Virus record (IMG/VR): IMGVR_UViG_3300020188_000808
Location: 203,784-267,783 of that record
DNA length: 64,000 nt
Direction: 5' to 3' (one strand)
Position numbers and translations under genes: made by a program. Positions 17,143-26,501 of the stretch are shown here, piece after piece. Every line of letters begins with the position of its first letter. Within the stretch, counting starts at the first letter, position 1. The notes beneath the pieces were generated by a model that saw nothing but the letters and a program-made list of their open reading frames with translations, was not told the DNA's origin and did not search any database.

Positions 17143-17531
17143 TACTTTTTAGTTTTGCTTTTGTCTGTAGACTCGTAATATTCTTTGTAAGATTTAATAA
17201 TTTCGTCTTGTTGAAGCATATATGCACGTATTTGTGCGAAGTTTTTACTTAGAGCTTCATAACCGTCATCTGTTAATCCAAATAATACAGGGTCAACACC
17301 GCCTGCTTTAAGTTTAGCAAATACTTCATCGGCATTGTCACTAGTAATGATAGTCCATTTGATTTCTTCTAGTTTTGGAGTTAACGGTTGTGGCAACGCA
17401 AGAGGTTCTCTTGGAACTTCTGTCTTAAAGACTTCTAGTTGCTTAACAGAACTACATCCACTAATAAGGAACGTAATTGGGATTAGCAATACTAGGACAC
17501 TCAGAGTTGATCTCAGATTTCTTAGTAGCAT
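17142..17531 (-). CDS. o-spanin (Rz1-like lipoprotein)
   Basis: Lipobox ISGC, Pro-rich segment, overlaps the 3' end of the i-spanin. Confidence 0.75.
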   Translation of the reverse strand: MLLRNLRSTLSVLVLLIPITFLISGCSSVKQLEVFKTEVPREPLALPQPLTPKLEEIKWTIITSDNADEVFAKLKAGGVDPVLFGLTDDGYEALSKNFAQIRAYMLQQDEIIKSYKEYYESTDKSKTKK

Positions 17532-17946
17532 TTTTCTCTTTCTCCGTTAATGGTGACCCCATAGCAATTTCTACACATCTCATTGCTTTTGTAGTCGCAC
17601 CGTTAATAACACGTTCAACTGATTTAGGACGTTCATCTGCAAGTTTGCCAATGTCACGTACTTCACCTTGAGCGTTAATTTTATTAAAGCGTTCGTCTAG
17701 TGCTTGGAATTCAGCGGCTAGTGTTTTATTTTGTTCAGTTAGTTTGGCTGATATAGCTTTTTGCGATTCAAAGTCAGCTTTTGCTTGTGCAATTACTTCT
17801 TTTTGATCAGCAACACTTTGTTCTAACTTTAAATTATTTGCTTCTGATGTAGCCAAGTCTGCTTTTATATTCTTAACATATACATAGCCACCGCCGGCAC
17901 CTGCCAACGCTACAACTATCATTGCTATTTTAATCGATGCAAACAT
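17461..17946 (-). CDS. i-spanin (Rz-like)
   Basis: N-terminal TM plus long coiled coil, next to the endolysin. Confidence 0.75.
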   Translation of the reverse strand: MFASIKIAMIVVALAGAGGGYVYVKNIKADLATSEANNLKLEQSVADQKEVIAQAKADFESQKAISAKLTEQNKTLAAEFQALDERFNKINAQGEVRDIGKLADERPKSVERVINGATTKAMRCVEIAMGSPLTEKEKNATKKSEINSECPSIANPNYVPY

Positions 17947-18070
17947 CTTTTACCTCATATCTATGTTGTTCACAGACGACAATTTCAATTGGCTTGTTGT
18001 CGCCGTCTGTAAACGTTTCAATTAGTTTACCTTCGTGTTGTCTACCGCAATTTTGGCAAACGTCACTCAT
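17930..18070 (-). CDS. 46-aa Cys/His protein (not in the ORF track)
   Basis: MSDVCQNCGRQHEGKLIETFTDGDNKPIEIVVCEQHRYEVKDVCID; ATGA overlap with the endolysin stop. Confidence 0.65.
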   Translation of the reverse strand: MSDVCQNCGRQHEGKLIETFTDGDNKPIEIVVCEQHRYEVKDVCID

Positions 18071-18576
18071 GCCATTGACAAAGCAAGTTCCGTTGTTTCG
18101 TCTACTCTACGTGTCCAACCTCGACCAAATGTTTCAAAGGTCTTTAATCTTTCGTAGTATCCTTGACGGTCTTCTTGGAACTCTTTAATAGTTTCTTTAA
18201 GTCCATGTGTGTCAACATATTCAGCTAATTTCTTTAGCGTGTTAGGACCAATTCCGCCATCAGCTACTGTACCAATCATAGTTTGTAAGTATTTTGCTGA
18301 ACGTCCTGTACCGGCATTAACACCAAAGTCAAATACACATAAGTCTAATCCACTTGGTAGTTCATCGCCTTTAACACGATCCCAATAATTCTTTTTGTAA
18401 ATTGGAGCAACATCTGCGACTGTTAAGTCTTTCATGTCTTTTGTTCCGCCCCATTCTTCATACACACGTTTTGTAACACCCAAGTTAGTTTCGCCACCTG
18501 GATCTTTAGGGTGATTTACATATCCGCCCTCGTGGTGTAGAATAGTTTCTAAACATTTTTGATAGTTTTCTTGCAT
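18067..18576 (-). CDS. Endolysin, glycoside hydrolase family 108 with PG-binding domain
   Basis: HEGGYVNHPKDPGGETNLG, FDFGVNAG, DGGIGPNT, FGRGWTRR. Confidence 0.92.
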   Translation of the reverse strand: MQENYQKCLETILHHEGGYVNHPKDPGGETNLGVTKRVYEEWGGTKDMKDLTVADVAPIYKKNYWDRVKGDELPSGLDLCVFDFGVNAGTGRSAKYLQTMIGTVADGGIGPNTLKKLAEYVDTHGLKETIKEFQEDRQGYYERLKTFETFGRGWTRRVDETTELALSMA

Positions 18577-18587
18577 TGTAATTTATC

Positions 18588-19298
18588 CTATTTTGTTAGG
18601 ACTACTACATACCCATTGTTCTCAACCAAATAATTTTGACCATACTTTGATATATTGTAGTCTCCAATATATTTAGTTAAGTAAATAATCTCGGCAAAAG
18701 AATTGGCATCATATGATTCAGTAATTCTTTCGTGGATGTCTTTATGCTCTCCAAAATCTACAACATTGTACTGTAATGGTTCAGCATATATTTTTGAGAA
18801 TTTAATTTTATTTTCAACAAGATCAATACTGTCAAGATAGCTTTTACTAAAAAAGTTCTTGTAGTTGTCCATATTGTTTTCGTTTACTCTTATTTCGTAT
18901 GCACCTTTATCTAATGGAACTGTTGCTAAAATGTTTTCCATTTGTGCTTCTTGGCTTTTAAAACTTTTGTAATAGCGGAATTTAAACTTATCTATGTTAG
19001 CTAATTTACCAACACCGTCTAACATTTCTATGATTTGTTTTGGAACATCTTTATGACGTTCAATTTCTACAAATACTTTATATGTTCCATCAGTCTGTTC
19101 TCCTGAAGTAACATCAGCATCTAGTATGTAAGGATAACCTTTCTCAAAAAAGTTCATTAAATCTTTTGCTGGTCCTTCAGACATGCAACTAAAACTGCAT
19201 ACTACAATATCCTTATCATCACCCATTTTACTTTTAAAACTATCAATTTCAAAAATAGGTAAAACTAAATCGTTAAGATCTCCGGCAATCAATCCCAT
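18588..19298 (-). CDS. Hypothetical phage protein
   Basis: 236 aa; IDSFKSKMG.D..I...FFEKGY..ILDADV..GE. Confidence 0.7.
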   Translation of the reverse strand: MGLIAGDLNDLVLPIFEIDSFKSKMGDDKDIVVCSFSCMSEGPAKDLMNFFEKGYPYILDADVTSGEQTDGTYKVFVEIERHKDVPKQIIEMLDGVGKLANIDKFKFRYYKSFKSQEAQMENILATVPLDKGAYEIRVNENNMDNYKNFFSKSYLDSIDLVENKIKFSKIYAEPLQYNVVDFGEHKDIHERITESYDANSFAEIIYLTKYIGDYNISKYGQNYLVENNGYVVVLTK

Positions 19299-19819
19299 TA
19301 TACTGCTCCACCTTCGACTGCGGCAGTTTCGCCTTCTTGTGCAATGTCGTCAACTGCTGGTTGAGTTGAAGCTACTGCTGGTTCTTTAACATAATCCAAT
19401 TGTTCTTTGTATCCACTATAGATGTTTAAAATAAGTTCTTTAGGCATTTTAATAGTTACTACCCAAACAGGTTCTCTATCTAGTTTGCCTTTCTTAGTAC
19501 CAGGTCTAATATCGCTTGGTTCTTTAATTTTGCGTGGTTTAAGAATAGCTGTTTTTTCGTATGATACATAACAGTCGTAATCTAATAGACGTTTTCCACC
19601 TGCTGGATCAGGCATCTTATCTTTAGGCCACATAAATGAAGCCGCTACCCAATGTCTTTCAATTTTAGGTCCTTCAACTAACTCACCATCTTCCCAGTTA
19701 GCATACACGTATAGATCTAATTCGTCTAATACACGTTCAAAGTCTTTTAAAACACTTAAAGCAGTATCACTTTCGTATATACTTTCAATGTTTGTAATAA
19801 TATCTAATACATCACGCAT
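19298..19819 (-). CDS. Hypothetical phage protein
   Basis: 173 aa; DFERVLDELDLYVYANW.DGELV.GP; late promoter at 19846-19853. Confidence 0.7.
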   Translation of the reverse strand: MRDVLDIITNIESIYESDTALSVLKDFERVLDELDLYVYANWEDGELVEGPKIERHWVAASFMWPKDKMPDPAGGKRLLDYDCYVSYEKTAILKPRKIKEPSDIRPGTKKGKLDREPVWVVTIKMPKELILNIYSGYKEQLDYVKEPAVASTQPAVDDIAQEGETAAVEGGAV

Positions 19820-19845
19820 GTCGTTTTCACCTATTCTTATACACT

Positions 19846-19905
19846 TATTTATCCGGATACGATCTATAAGTGTGCAGTTTTGTCTTGTGACCCAAATGGT
19901 AAATA
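19846..19905. promoter_or_regulatory. Divergent late-type promoters: GATAAATA on minus at 19846-19853, GGTAAATA on plus at 19898-19905
   Basis: Motifs in the divergent intergenic region before 19819 and phoH. Confidence 0.55.
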
Positions 19906-19975
19906 TTAGTGTAGGGCAGTAATACTGTGAATCTACAGTGACTGTCTTTATACTAACTCATGAAGGAGGAACTTA

Positions 19976-20695
19976 ATGGGTGCTAAAAGACGAGCAAGAG
20001 CTCATAAAACCCCCGCTGATAACAATGTTATTAGCTTTTCAAAACCACAACAAAAACAAATCAATATACTTCCTAGAAACAAAAACCAAGAAACATATAT
20101 GCTAAAACTGTTGGACCCGAAGAAAGACATAGTCTTCGGTGTTGGTCCTGCGGGAACCGGTAAGACCCTACTTGCGGTCCAGGTGGCTATTAAGTTATTC
20201 AAAGAAGGCGCAATTGATAAGATTGTTGTAACAAGACCTGCTGTTTCAGCTGACGAAGATCTTGGTTTTTTACCAGGAACAATGGAAGAAAAAATGGCTC
20301 CATGGACAAGACCTATCTTTGATGTTTTTAAAGAGTACTTTAGTGCTAAAGAACTTGAAGGTATGATGTACGATGGTGTTATTGAAATTTCACCGTTAGC
20401 TTATATGAGAGGTCGAACATTTAAGAAATCAATAATTGTTGCAGATGAGATGCAAAATGCAACACCAAATCAAATGAAAATGTTACTAACACGTATTGGT
20501 GAGAAATCACAGATGGTAGTAACAGGCGATTTAGCTCAAGCTGATAAGTTGAGTAATAATGGTTTGATTGATTTTATTAAATCGTTAGAAAAACACAGAG
20601 AAACAACGCACATTGACATAGTCAGATTCCAAACTCATGATATAGAAAGGCATGATGCAGTTAAAGAAGTATTAGCTGTTTATGGCGACGAGTAA
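19976..20695 (+). CDS. phoH: PhoH-family ATPase
   Basis: GPAGTGKT, TRPAV, LGFLPG, AYMRGRTF, DEMQN, GDLAQ; strong SD. Confidence 0.95.
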   Translation: MGAKRRARAHKTPADNNVISFSKPQQKQINILPRNKNQETYMLKLLDPKKDIVFGVGPAGTGKTLLAVQVAIKLFKEGAIDKIVVTRPAVSADEDLGFLPGTMEEKMAPWTRPIFDVFKEYFSAKELEGMMYDGVIEISPLAYMRGRTFKKSIIVADEMQNATPNQMKMLLTRIGEKSQMVVTGDLAQADKLSNNGLIDFIKSLEKHRETTHIDIVRFQTHDIERHDAVKEVLAVYGDE

Positions 20696-21448
20696 TTAAT
20701 CATCACCTGGAAGATCTATGTCGTTTTGATCAACGATGTAGGTCTTCTTAGCGTGTTGCCACTTAGACCAACTGTTAAAGATCATTCTTTGCAGTCCAAT
20801 GATAGCATTGTGTCTATCAACTGCGGTCTCACTTAGATTTCCTGTACGAGCAACAACTGTTTCTCTCTTAATAGGAATCAGTTGGCACAAAGGTTCACCC
20901 ATTTTAATTGTTGTAGGCTTAATTTCTTTTAGCATAATATTAAGCGGACTAACTAATGCACCTAAGTCATGGTCAATAATACCAGGAATTGCTTCATAGT
21001 TTCGATCTTCATGATAAAACATAGGTTGATATAAAACACTCCAATTAGACTTGCTCCATATTCTCCAAGGACAATCTAATTTAACCGCGGCTCTTACACC
21101 AAACTTAGTTAGTAGTTGTGTTTCATTCTCTACTTGATCTGCAGGATGATATGCAGAATTATAAGCTGGATCACTATAGCGTGTTTCTACGTAATTTCCA
21201 TCATCACTTGGTAAAATTTCCATATCGCACCAAGCAGGAATAACAAATCCAGTCTCCATAAAATCTTTAATGCCTGGGCATCCTTTTACAGTTTGTTCAC
21301 TGTCAATTTTATGCTTTTGTTTATTAATATACGCTGGCATCTTTTTCCAGGCTGTAGGTTTAAATTCACCAGCTGGTCTAATAGGAGCATGTTTGCGTAC
21401 AGCCCACCTTTCAGTTTCAAAAAATATTACTGGTTCTGGATTATTCAT
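20696..21448 (-). CDS. Hypothetical beta-rich phage protein
   Basis: TVKGCPGIKDFM.TGFVIPAW...PGIID.D...GEPLCQLIPIKR. Confidence 0.65.
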   Translation of the reverse strand: MNNPEPVIFFETERWAVRKHAPIRPAGEFKPTAWKKMPAYINKQKHKIDSEQTVKGCPGIKDFMETGFVIPAWCDMEILPSDDGNYVETRYSDPAYNSAYHPADQVENETQLLTKFGVRAAVKLDCPWRIWSKSNWSVLYQPMFYHEDRNYEAIPGIIDHDLGALVSPLNIMLKEIKPTTIKMGEPLCQLIPIKRETVVARTGNLSETAVDRHNAIIGLQRMIFNSWSKWQHAKKTYIVDQNDIDLPGDD

Positions 21449-22121
21449 TAATTGTTTCCATCAAAGGAAATATTTCTGCAATTACCTTTGCACATGCATG
21501 AGCAATATCCATATGTTCTTTTTGTGTACCATTAGCACCACGTAGATCAATGTAATGTAACCAACTACGCAAAGTACCATTCATGTACAGTCGTGTTTTA
21601 GTACAACCTTCGGGCAATACTGCACGAGCTTGTTCTTTTGCAATACCGTTATCAATTGCCCACTCGTATGCTTCTTTAGACGCATCAATTACTTTTTGTT
21701 GTTGCGTTTCCCAATCATTGAGTAGATTCATATCTTGTTGTGTATTACCTAGTGCAATACTATTTTGTCTGTTCTTTGTGTCCTGTAGTCGTGCTTCACG
21801 TAATACAAATTGATTGCCAAACTCTGCAGGATCTGCATAACGCTGACTAAACTCTTGGAAACTAAAACTACGATGACGCACAATTTGATGTGCAATATCA
21901 CGTGTAGTATTAATTTCTAAACAAGCACTAACCATTTCTAAAGGAGACCAATGTTGATGTTTAATCAAATACTTAATTAAACGTTCACTTGTTTCGTTGT
22001 TAATTTGTGCCGCAGGGTTACTTACCTTGGCACAAAAAGCAATAAGTTCCTGTAAATCATCAACACCTTCAGTTGAAAATTCATCCGTTGCTTTTGAGTA
22101 ACTTACTAGTCTGACCTTCAT
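21441..22121 (-). CDS. thyX: Flavin-dependent thymidylate synthase
   Basis: HWSPLE, RHRSFSFQEFSQRY, EQARAVLP. Confidence 0.95.
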   Translation of the reverse strand: MKVRLVSYSKATDEFSTEGVDDLQELIAFCAKVSNPAAQINNETSERLIKYLIKHQHWSPLEMVSACLEINTTRDIAHQIVRHRSFSFQEFSQRYADPAEFGNQFVLREARLQDTKNRQNSIALGNTQQDMNLLNDWETQQQKVIDASKEAYEWAIDNGIAKEQARAVLPEGCTKTRLYMNGTLRSWLHYIDLRGANGTQKEHMDIAHACAKVIAEIFPLMETINE

Positions 22122-22269
22122 TTTTTAATTCCTTTGTTCGATGTTCTAACCAATTAATGGCTGTGTGTATATGTCCTGTATCATGTTCACGTAAACAAGA
22201 TTTTGCATATTCAATTTCACGTTCTAATATAGTAACTGCTATTAGGTTACCGGGAAAGTCTTTTTTCAC
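22081..22269 (-). CDS. Small hypothetical protein
   Basis: GTG start at 22269 (GTGA overlap with the parvulin stop, GGAGG SD); DTGHIHTAI. Confidence 0.55.
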   Translation of the reverse strand: MKKDFPGNLIAVTILEREIEYAKSCLREHDTGHIHTAINWLEHRTKELKNEGQTSKLLKSNG

Positions 22270-22601
22270 CCAGTCCTCCAAATCACATGTACGCCAAATT
22301 CTGTTACGAATGGGTGTGGCCCTAATTCTCCAATTGGAATAGCCGCACACGCAGTCGAAAATTCTACAACCATGTCAGTTGGTTCAAACCAACCTAGGTC
22401 GCCTCCGTTATTCTTACTAGGACATGCAGAGTTTTCTTTTGCCATTTGATCAAAAGAAACGCCACCTTTTTTTAGTTCTGCTGTAATTCTTTCACCTTCG
22501 GCCATTGCTTCACCAACGCCTCGACTGTGTGTAGAATTCTTTGCTCCTTTAAATGATAGCAGTATATGACTTGCTCTCATCTTTTTCGTGTTTAGTGCCA
22601 T
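22266..22601 (-). CDS. Parvulin-type peptidyl-prolyl isomerase
   Basis: RASHIL, F...AKENSACPS...GGDLGWF, TEFGVHVI. Confidence 0.9.
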   Translation of the reverse strand: MALNTKKMRASHILLSFKGAKNSTHSRGVGEAMAEGERITAELKKGGVSFDQMAKENSACPSKNNGGDLGWFEPTDMVVEFSTACAAIPIGELGPHPFVTEFGVHVIWRTG

Positions 22602-22922
22602 TTAATCTCCTTTACCTGGTTTAGTTGACATTACATCAATTACAGGAATTTTATCTGCTAATACATCTTCTTCTCTGACCTGTGTAATATTGGGCCATTC
22701 ATAACTATATTTACTATTGATCTTAAACCAAGTACCGTCATCCTGATCCTCTGTAATAATAGCATCAACAGGACATTCAGGTTCACATACTCCACAGTCA
22801 ATACATTCATCTGGGTTAATAACAAGCATATTTTCACCTTCATAAAAACAATCCACAGGACATACTTCAACGCATGTCATATGCTTACAATTAACACAAT
22901 TATTATTAACCAAATAACTCAT
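22602..22922 (-). CDS. fdxA: 7Fe (FdxA-type) ferredoxin
   Basis: [18 protein letters not shown]...[15 protein letters not shown]. Confidence 0.88.
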   Translation of the reverse strand: MSYLVNNNCVNCKHMTCVEVCPVDCFYEGENMLVINPDECIDCGVCEPECPVDAIITEDQDDGTWFKINSKYSYEWPNITQVREEDVLADKIPVIDVMSTKPGKGD

Positions 22923-22925
22923 AAT

Positions 22926-23171
22926 TTACCCCATCCAGTTCCATACACCTCTAATTGCTAATAGCAAATACATCAATTCCATTAATGCTCTAGGTATATC
23001 TTTATCTTTAATTCCCATCCAAATCCAGATACTACAACTTGCAAGAGCAACACCCCAACCTATCCATTGTATTTTTGGATCACCACCACTTAATATAAAT
23101 GCACTAACCATTGCTAGTATAAATCCTAGCCATCGCCAGCCGTCAATTTTGTGGTAGTAGCGTATTTTCAT
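22926..23171 (-). CDS. Small 3-TM membrane protein
   Basis: Three TM helices, Trp-rich. Confidence 0.65.
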   Translation of the reverse strand: MKIRYYHKIDGWRWLGFILAMVSAFILSGGDPKIQWIGWGVALASCSIWIWMGIKDKDIPRALMELMYLLLAIRGVWNWMG

Positions 23172-24082
23172 ACTTTACCAAGTTTAATTAATGTTGCGGC
23201 TAAATTAATTTCCGGATCAACTACTAATGTGTGATCTACTAGACCTTGTTTAATAATCATAATAGCTTTATCTTGTTGATCAGCATCACCGAATAAATCA
23301 ATATTGTCATAAAGCCAACGATAAATCTCTTCCATCTCTTCAGCTCTAGCACTTGCACAAACAAGTTTACGTGCTTCTGTAATTTTACCTGCTTTAAATA
23401 ATTGTACCATATCAAGTTTCCAATCAGCTTCTGTTTTATCAGCTTCGTTGGGTTTAATTAGTACACCGTCTTGTGAATTCATTTGCACCATATTAATGCA
23501 TTTACGTAAATCTGGATATGTTGCTTTTACATATGTATCAAGTGTGTCTAAGTCTGGTTGTACACCTTCTGCAATTAAAATCTCTGCAACTCTAGCAGTA
23601 AACTCTGTTTGATCTACTTTTGCAATATGAAATCCTTGACATCTACTGTGCAATGCCGGAATAATTCTATTAGGATAGTTACACGTTAAAATAAATCTGC
23701 TTGTAGTATGATATTCCTCCATAACACCACGTAGTGCGGCTTGTGCGTTAGGCGACAAATAATCAGCCTCATCTAGTAGCACAACCTTAAAGTCACCAAA
23801 TGGAATCATCTGTACAAAGTTTACAATCTTATTTCTAACTTCATCTACAGAGTTTGTTCGACTTGCGTTAATTTCTAGTATGTCTAGATCATTTAATTCT
23901 AGTTCGTTAAACAGTAGTTTAGCAAGTGTTGTCTTTCCAATACCTGCGTTACCACTAAACAACAAATGAGGAATAGTTTTGTCTTTAATCCAAGTTTGTA
24001 TTTGTTTCTTTTGATGTTCATCTCTGAACACATAACCGTCTACTGTTTTAGGACGATATTTTTCTACCCAAAGTTCTTTCAT
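23168..24082 (-). CDS. Clamp loader AAA+ subunit (RFC / T4 gp44-like)
   Basis: WVEKYRP, GNAGIGKT, INAS, LLDEAD, SRC motifs. Confidence 0.93.
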   Translation of the reverse strand: MKELWVEKYRPKTVDGYVFRDEHQKKQIQTWIKDKTIPHLLFSGNAGIGKTTLAKLLFNELELNDLDILEINASRTNSVDEVRNKIVNFVQMIPFGDFKVVLLDEADYLSPNAQAALRGVMEEYHTTSRFILTCNYPNRIIPALHSRCQGFHIAKVDQTEFTARVAEILIAEGVQPDLDTLDTYVKATYPDLRKCINMVQMNSQDGVLIKPNEADKTEADWKLDMVQLFKAGKITEARKLVCASARAEEMEEIYRWLYDNIDLFGDADQQDKAIMIIKQGLVDHTLVVDPEINLAATLIKLGKV

Positions 24083-24492
24083 GTTTGTGCCTCGCTTATT
24101 CGTTTTCTCAAATTAGATGTACTAAATGAGTGTTGTCTTTTATTATAATACAATTCTATGCCTTTGTCAACACAAATCTGCTTACCTGTAAACTCTTTAT
24201 CACGATATTCTTCGCCAATAAATCTACGATTCAATGTATATGTTAACAAAATATCTTTTAAATCTTGTTCTGTAGCATAGGGAATAATTTCATCGATATA
24301 CTTACAACCTTTTAATTGAACATATCGTTCGAACACACTTTGTATAGGTTTATTCTTTTCTGGTCTATCAATAGTTGGATCTGTTTGTAATCCAACAATC
24401 AAATAGTTGCAATTCTCACTTGCTTCTTTTAGCATAGCAACATGTCCACTATGGAACAAATCAAAACTGCTAAATGTTATTCCTACTGTCAT
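24079..24492 (-). CDS. Glycerol-3-phosphate cytidylyltransferase-like (TagD family)
   Basis: Start MTVGITFSSFDLFHSGH at 24492; RQHSFSTS. Confidence 0.85.
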   Translation of the reverse strand: MTVGITFSSFDLFHSGHVAMLKEASENCNYLIVGLQTDPTIDRPEKNKPIQSVFERYVQLKGCKYIDEIIPYATEQDLKDILLTYTLNRRFIGEEYRDKEFTGKQICVDKGIELYYNKRQHSFSTSNLRKRISEAQT

Positions 24493-25096
24493 AGTTAACT
24501 TGCTCCTTTTTAAATATAGGTAATATAATATTGCGTTGTCTTGCAAACGGAGTACTCTTACCACTAAACACGTATCCAGCAGTAACACGAGGACTTACAT
24601 CTTTAACAGGTATGCCTCTATGTAAGTAACGACTTGGAAAGACGATTAGACGTCCTTCTTTGTATTCCACTTCATCAATTTTTTTACCATCTTTCTCAGG
24701 ATCGCCATCCCAAAAATCCATACCAGTGTCACCGTGAATTAAATAAACCATAGTGTAAGCAGGTACATCATCTCCACTATCGACATGCAATCCACCTGTG
24801 TGTTCTTTTGTTGTAAGATTAATTTGTACTTGATTTAATTGTATGTCGCCAACATCATTGTCAATTAGATTCTTATGATGTTCAAAGGCGTGCCATACTG
24901 CTTTTAGTGTCCACGGAGTATTTTCTAACTCTGCTTGTGAAAACTGTTGACTAAAGATTTGATGTCCTTGATACTGACCTAAACCTCTATGTCCAAAACT
25001 AAGTGGATAATGTAATACTTGATTTATAGCTTGGTCATGTAACCATTGTGGAACTACATCATCAAGTATTACTATTTTATTGGGATCATAATTCAT
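24470..25096 (-). CDS. 2OG-Fe(II) oxygenase
   Basis: HVD...GRLIVFPSRYLHRG...PRVT. Confidence 0.8.
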   Translation of the reverse strand: MNYDPNKIVILDDVVPQWLHDQAINQVLHYPLSFGHRGLGQYQGHQIFSQQFSQAELENTPWTLKAVWHAFEHHKNLIDNDVGDIQLNQVQINLTTKEHTGGLHVDSGDDVPAYTMVYLIHGDTGMDFWDGDPEKDGKKIDEVEYKEGRLIVFPSRYLHRGIPVKDVSPRVTAGYVFSGKSTPFARQRNIILPIFKKEQVNYDSRNNI

Positions 25097-25102
25097 AGTT
25101 TA

Positions 25103-25131
25103 ATTATAAACTATGTTTGTTAGAATGTCAA
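25103..25131 (-). promoter_or_regulatory. sigma70-type promoter
   Basis: TTGACA-17-TATAAT, 6 nt before the ATG at 25096. Confidence 0.85.
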
Positions 25132-25139
25132 GTTCTTTT

Positions 25140-25553
25140 TTATAAATCGCCTTTGACTCTATTTTCGGAATAATGTGCATCAAATTCGCCGCCTGGGTAT
25201 CGTGATTTAAGTTTATCAATATTCATTTGAATTACTTCATTAGGATCAATATTTAATGCCATACATCCTTGCATCCAATACCACATAACATCACCTAACT
25301 CACGTTGCATATGCCAAATGTTGTCTTTGTCCAAAGGCTTACCTTGAAACAAGATCTTTTTAATAATCTCAGTAAACTCTCCTGCTTCAGCACCTAACCC
25401 CATAGACGCTGTTAATAGTCTAGGTAAGTTAATATCTCTATCAGTATTGTTTAATGTAGCCCAATGTGATGAAAACGCATCATTACTTGAACTTTCTTTT
25501 GATGTTACAGCATCAACAAATTCTTTATATTTATTTAGGTCTATTTCAGCCAC
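25140..25553 (-). CDS. mazG: MazG-like nucleotide pyrophosphohydrolase
   Basis: GLGAEAGEFTEIIKK...RELGDVMWY...NIDKLKSRYP. Confidence 0.88.
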   Translation of the reverse strand: MAEIDLNKYKEFVDAVTSKESSSNDAFSSHWATLNNTDRDINLPRLLTASMGLGAEAGEFTEIIKKILFQGKPLDKDNIWHMQRELGDVMWYWMQGCMALNIDPNEVIQMNIDKLKSRYPGGEFDAHYSENRVKGDL

Positions 25554-25580
25554 AAGGTATTCCTCTTCTTTTTTAAAGTG

Positions 25581-26027
25581 TTATGGTGTTCTAACGAAAT
25601 CGCTAGGATCAATTGTTGGTTGTGATAAGTCTGTTGAATGACCAATACCAAGATCTTCGGGTGCGTCTTTACTTGTAAGTAAGATAGCATTAACATCAAT
25701 TAATCTAATATCTAACTCACCTAGTTCTTCGTCTTCGAGTATAATACTTCTACTCCAACGCCCGTGTTCTACATAAATCCAATCACCAACTTCGTATGGA
25801 TCTTTATTCTCAGAACCAATAGCATAAATTTGGCACCATCGTGGACGAATGCCTCTTTCTTTACCATCGTCATGAGTAAGAATAATTCCTCCTTTGGTAG
25901 TACGTTCTCCAAAGTTCATATTATAAGCAAGTACACCATCATGAATGGGTCTTATAGTTCCTTTGATACGAGTTTTAACTTTCGGGCCTTCTCCAAAGCC
26001 TTTAACTACTTCTGGATCTAATTGCAT
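25581..26027 (-). CDS. GroES-like co-chaperonin
   Basis: IRPIHDGVL...ERTTKGGIIL...AIG...VGDWIYV. Confidence 0.75.
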   Translation of the reverse strand: MQLDPEVVKGFGEGPKVKTRIKGTIRPIHDGVLAYNMNFGERTTKGGIILTHDDGKERGIRPRWCQIYAIGSENKDPYEVGDWIYVEHGRWSRSIILEDEELGELDIRLIDVNAILLTSKDAPEDLGIGHSTDLSQPTIDPSDFVRTP

Positions 26028-26030
26028 TTT

Positions 26031-26471
26031 TTAGTCACCTTTTTTTACAAAATTACCATCTTCATCTTCTACCCATGCTGTACCTGTTTCATCAGCTTCT
26101 TCATCGATAGCCGCCATTTCTGCTTCTACTTTAGAAGTAGTAGCTTTGACTGCTTTTTTAGCTGGTGCTTTAGTTTCAGTTGCTGGTACTACTACTTGAG
26201 GTTGTGCAACTTGATCTATAGCAACATCATGATTGCCTTGATTTGGTACTTCATCTGTAACAGTTTGTGGATGATCTTTATAGTACTCTTCTAAAATATC
26301 GTCACGTTTTTTAATGATTTGACCGCCTGGGCCTAATTCATCACCACGTGCATTTACTCTAGCATTTCCTACAGCTGGTGTAAGTTCATTACGTTGGCGT
26401 AGTAGATCCATATCAACGGACTTACCTTGCATACTTTTATAAACTTTACGACCTGATTGCTTCATAGCCAT
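26031..26471 (-). CDS. Hypothetical phage protein
   Basis: YKSMQGK.VDM..L...NE...AVGN..VNARGDELGPGG; promoter-like GATAAGTA at 26499-26506. Confidence 0.7.
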   Translation of the reverse strand: MAMKQSGRKVYKSMQGKSVDMDLLRQRNELTPAVGNARVNARGDELGPGGQIIKKRDDILEEYYKDHPQTVTDEVPNQGNHDVAIDQVAQPQVVVPATETKAPAKKAVKATTSKVEAEMAAIDEEADETGTAWVEDEDGNFVKKGD

Positions 26472-26501
26472 TTTATTTCTCCTATTATATTATATACTTA
26501 C

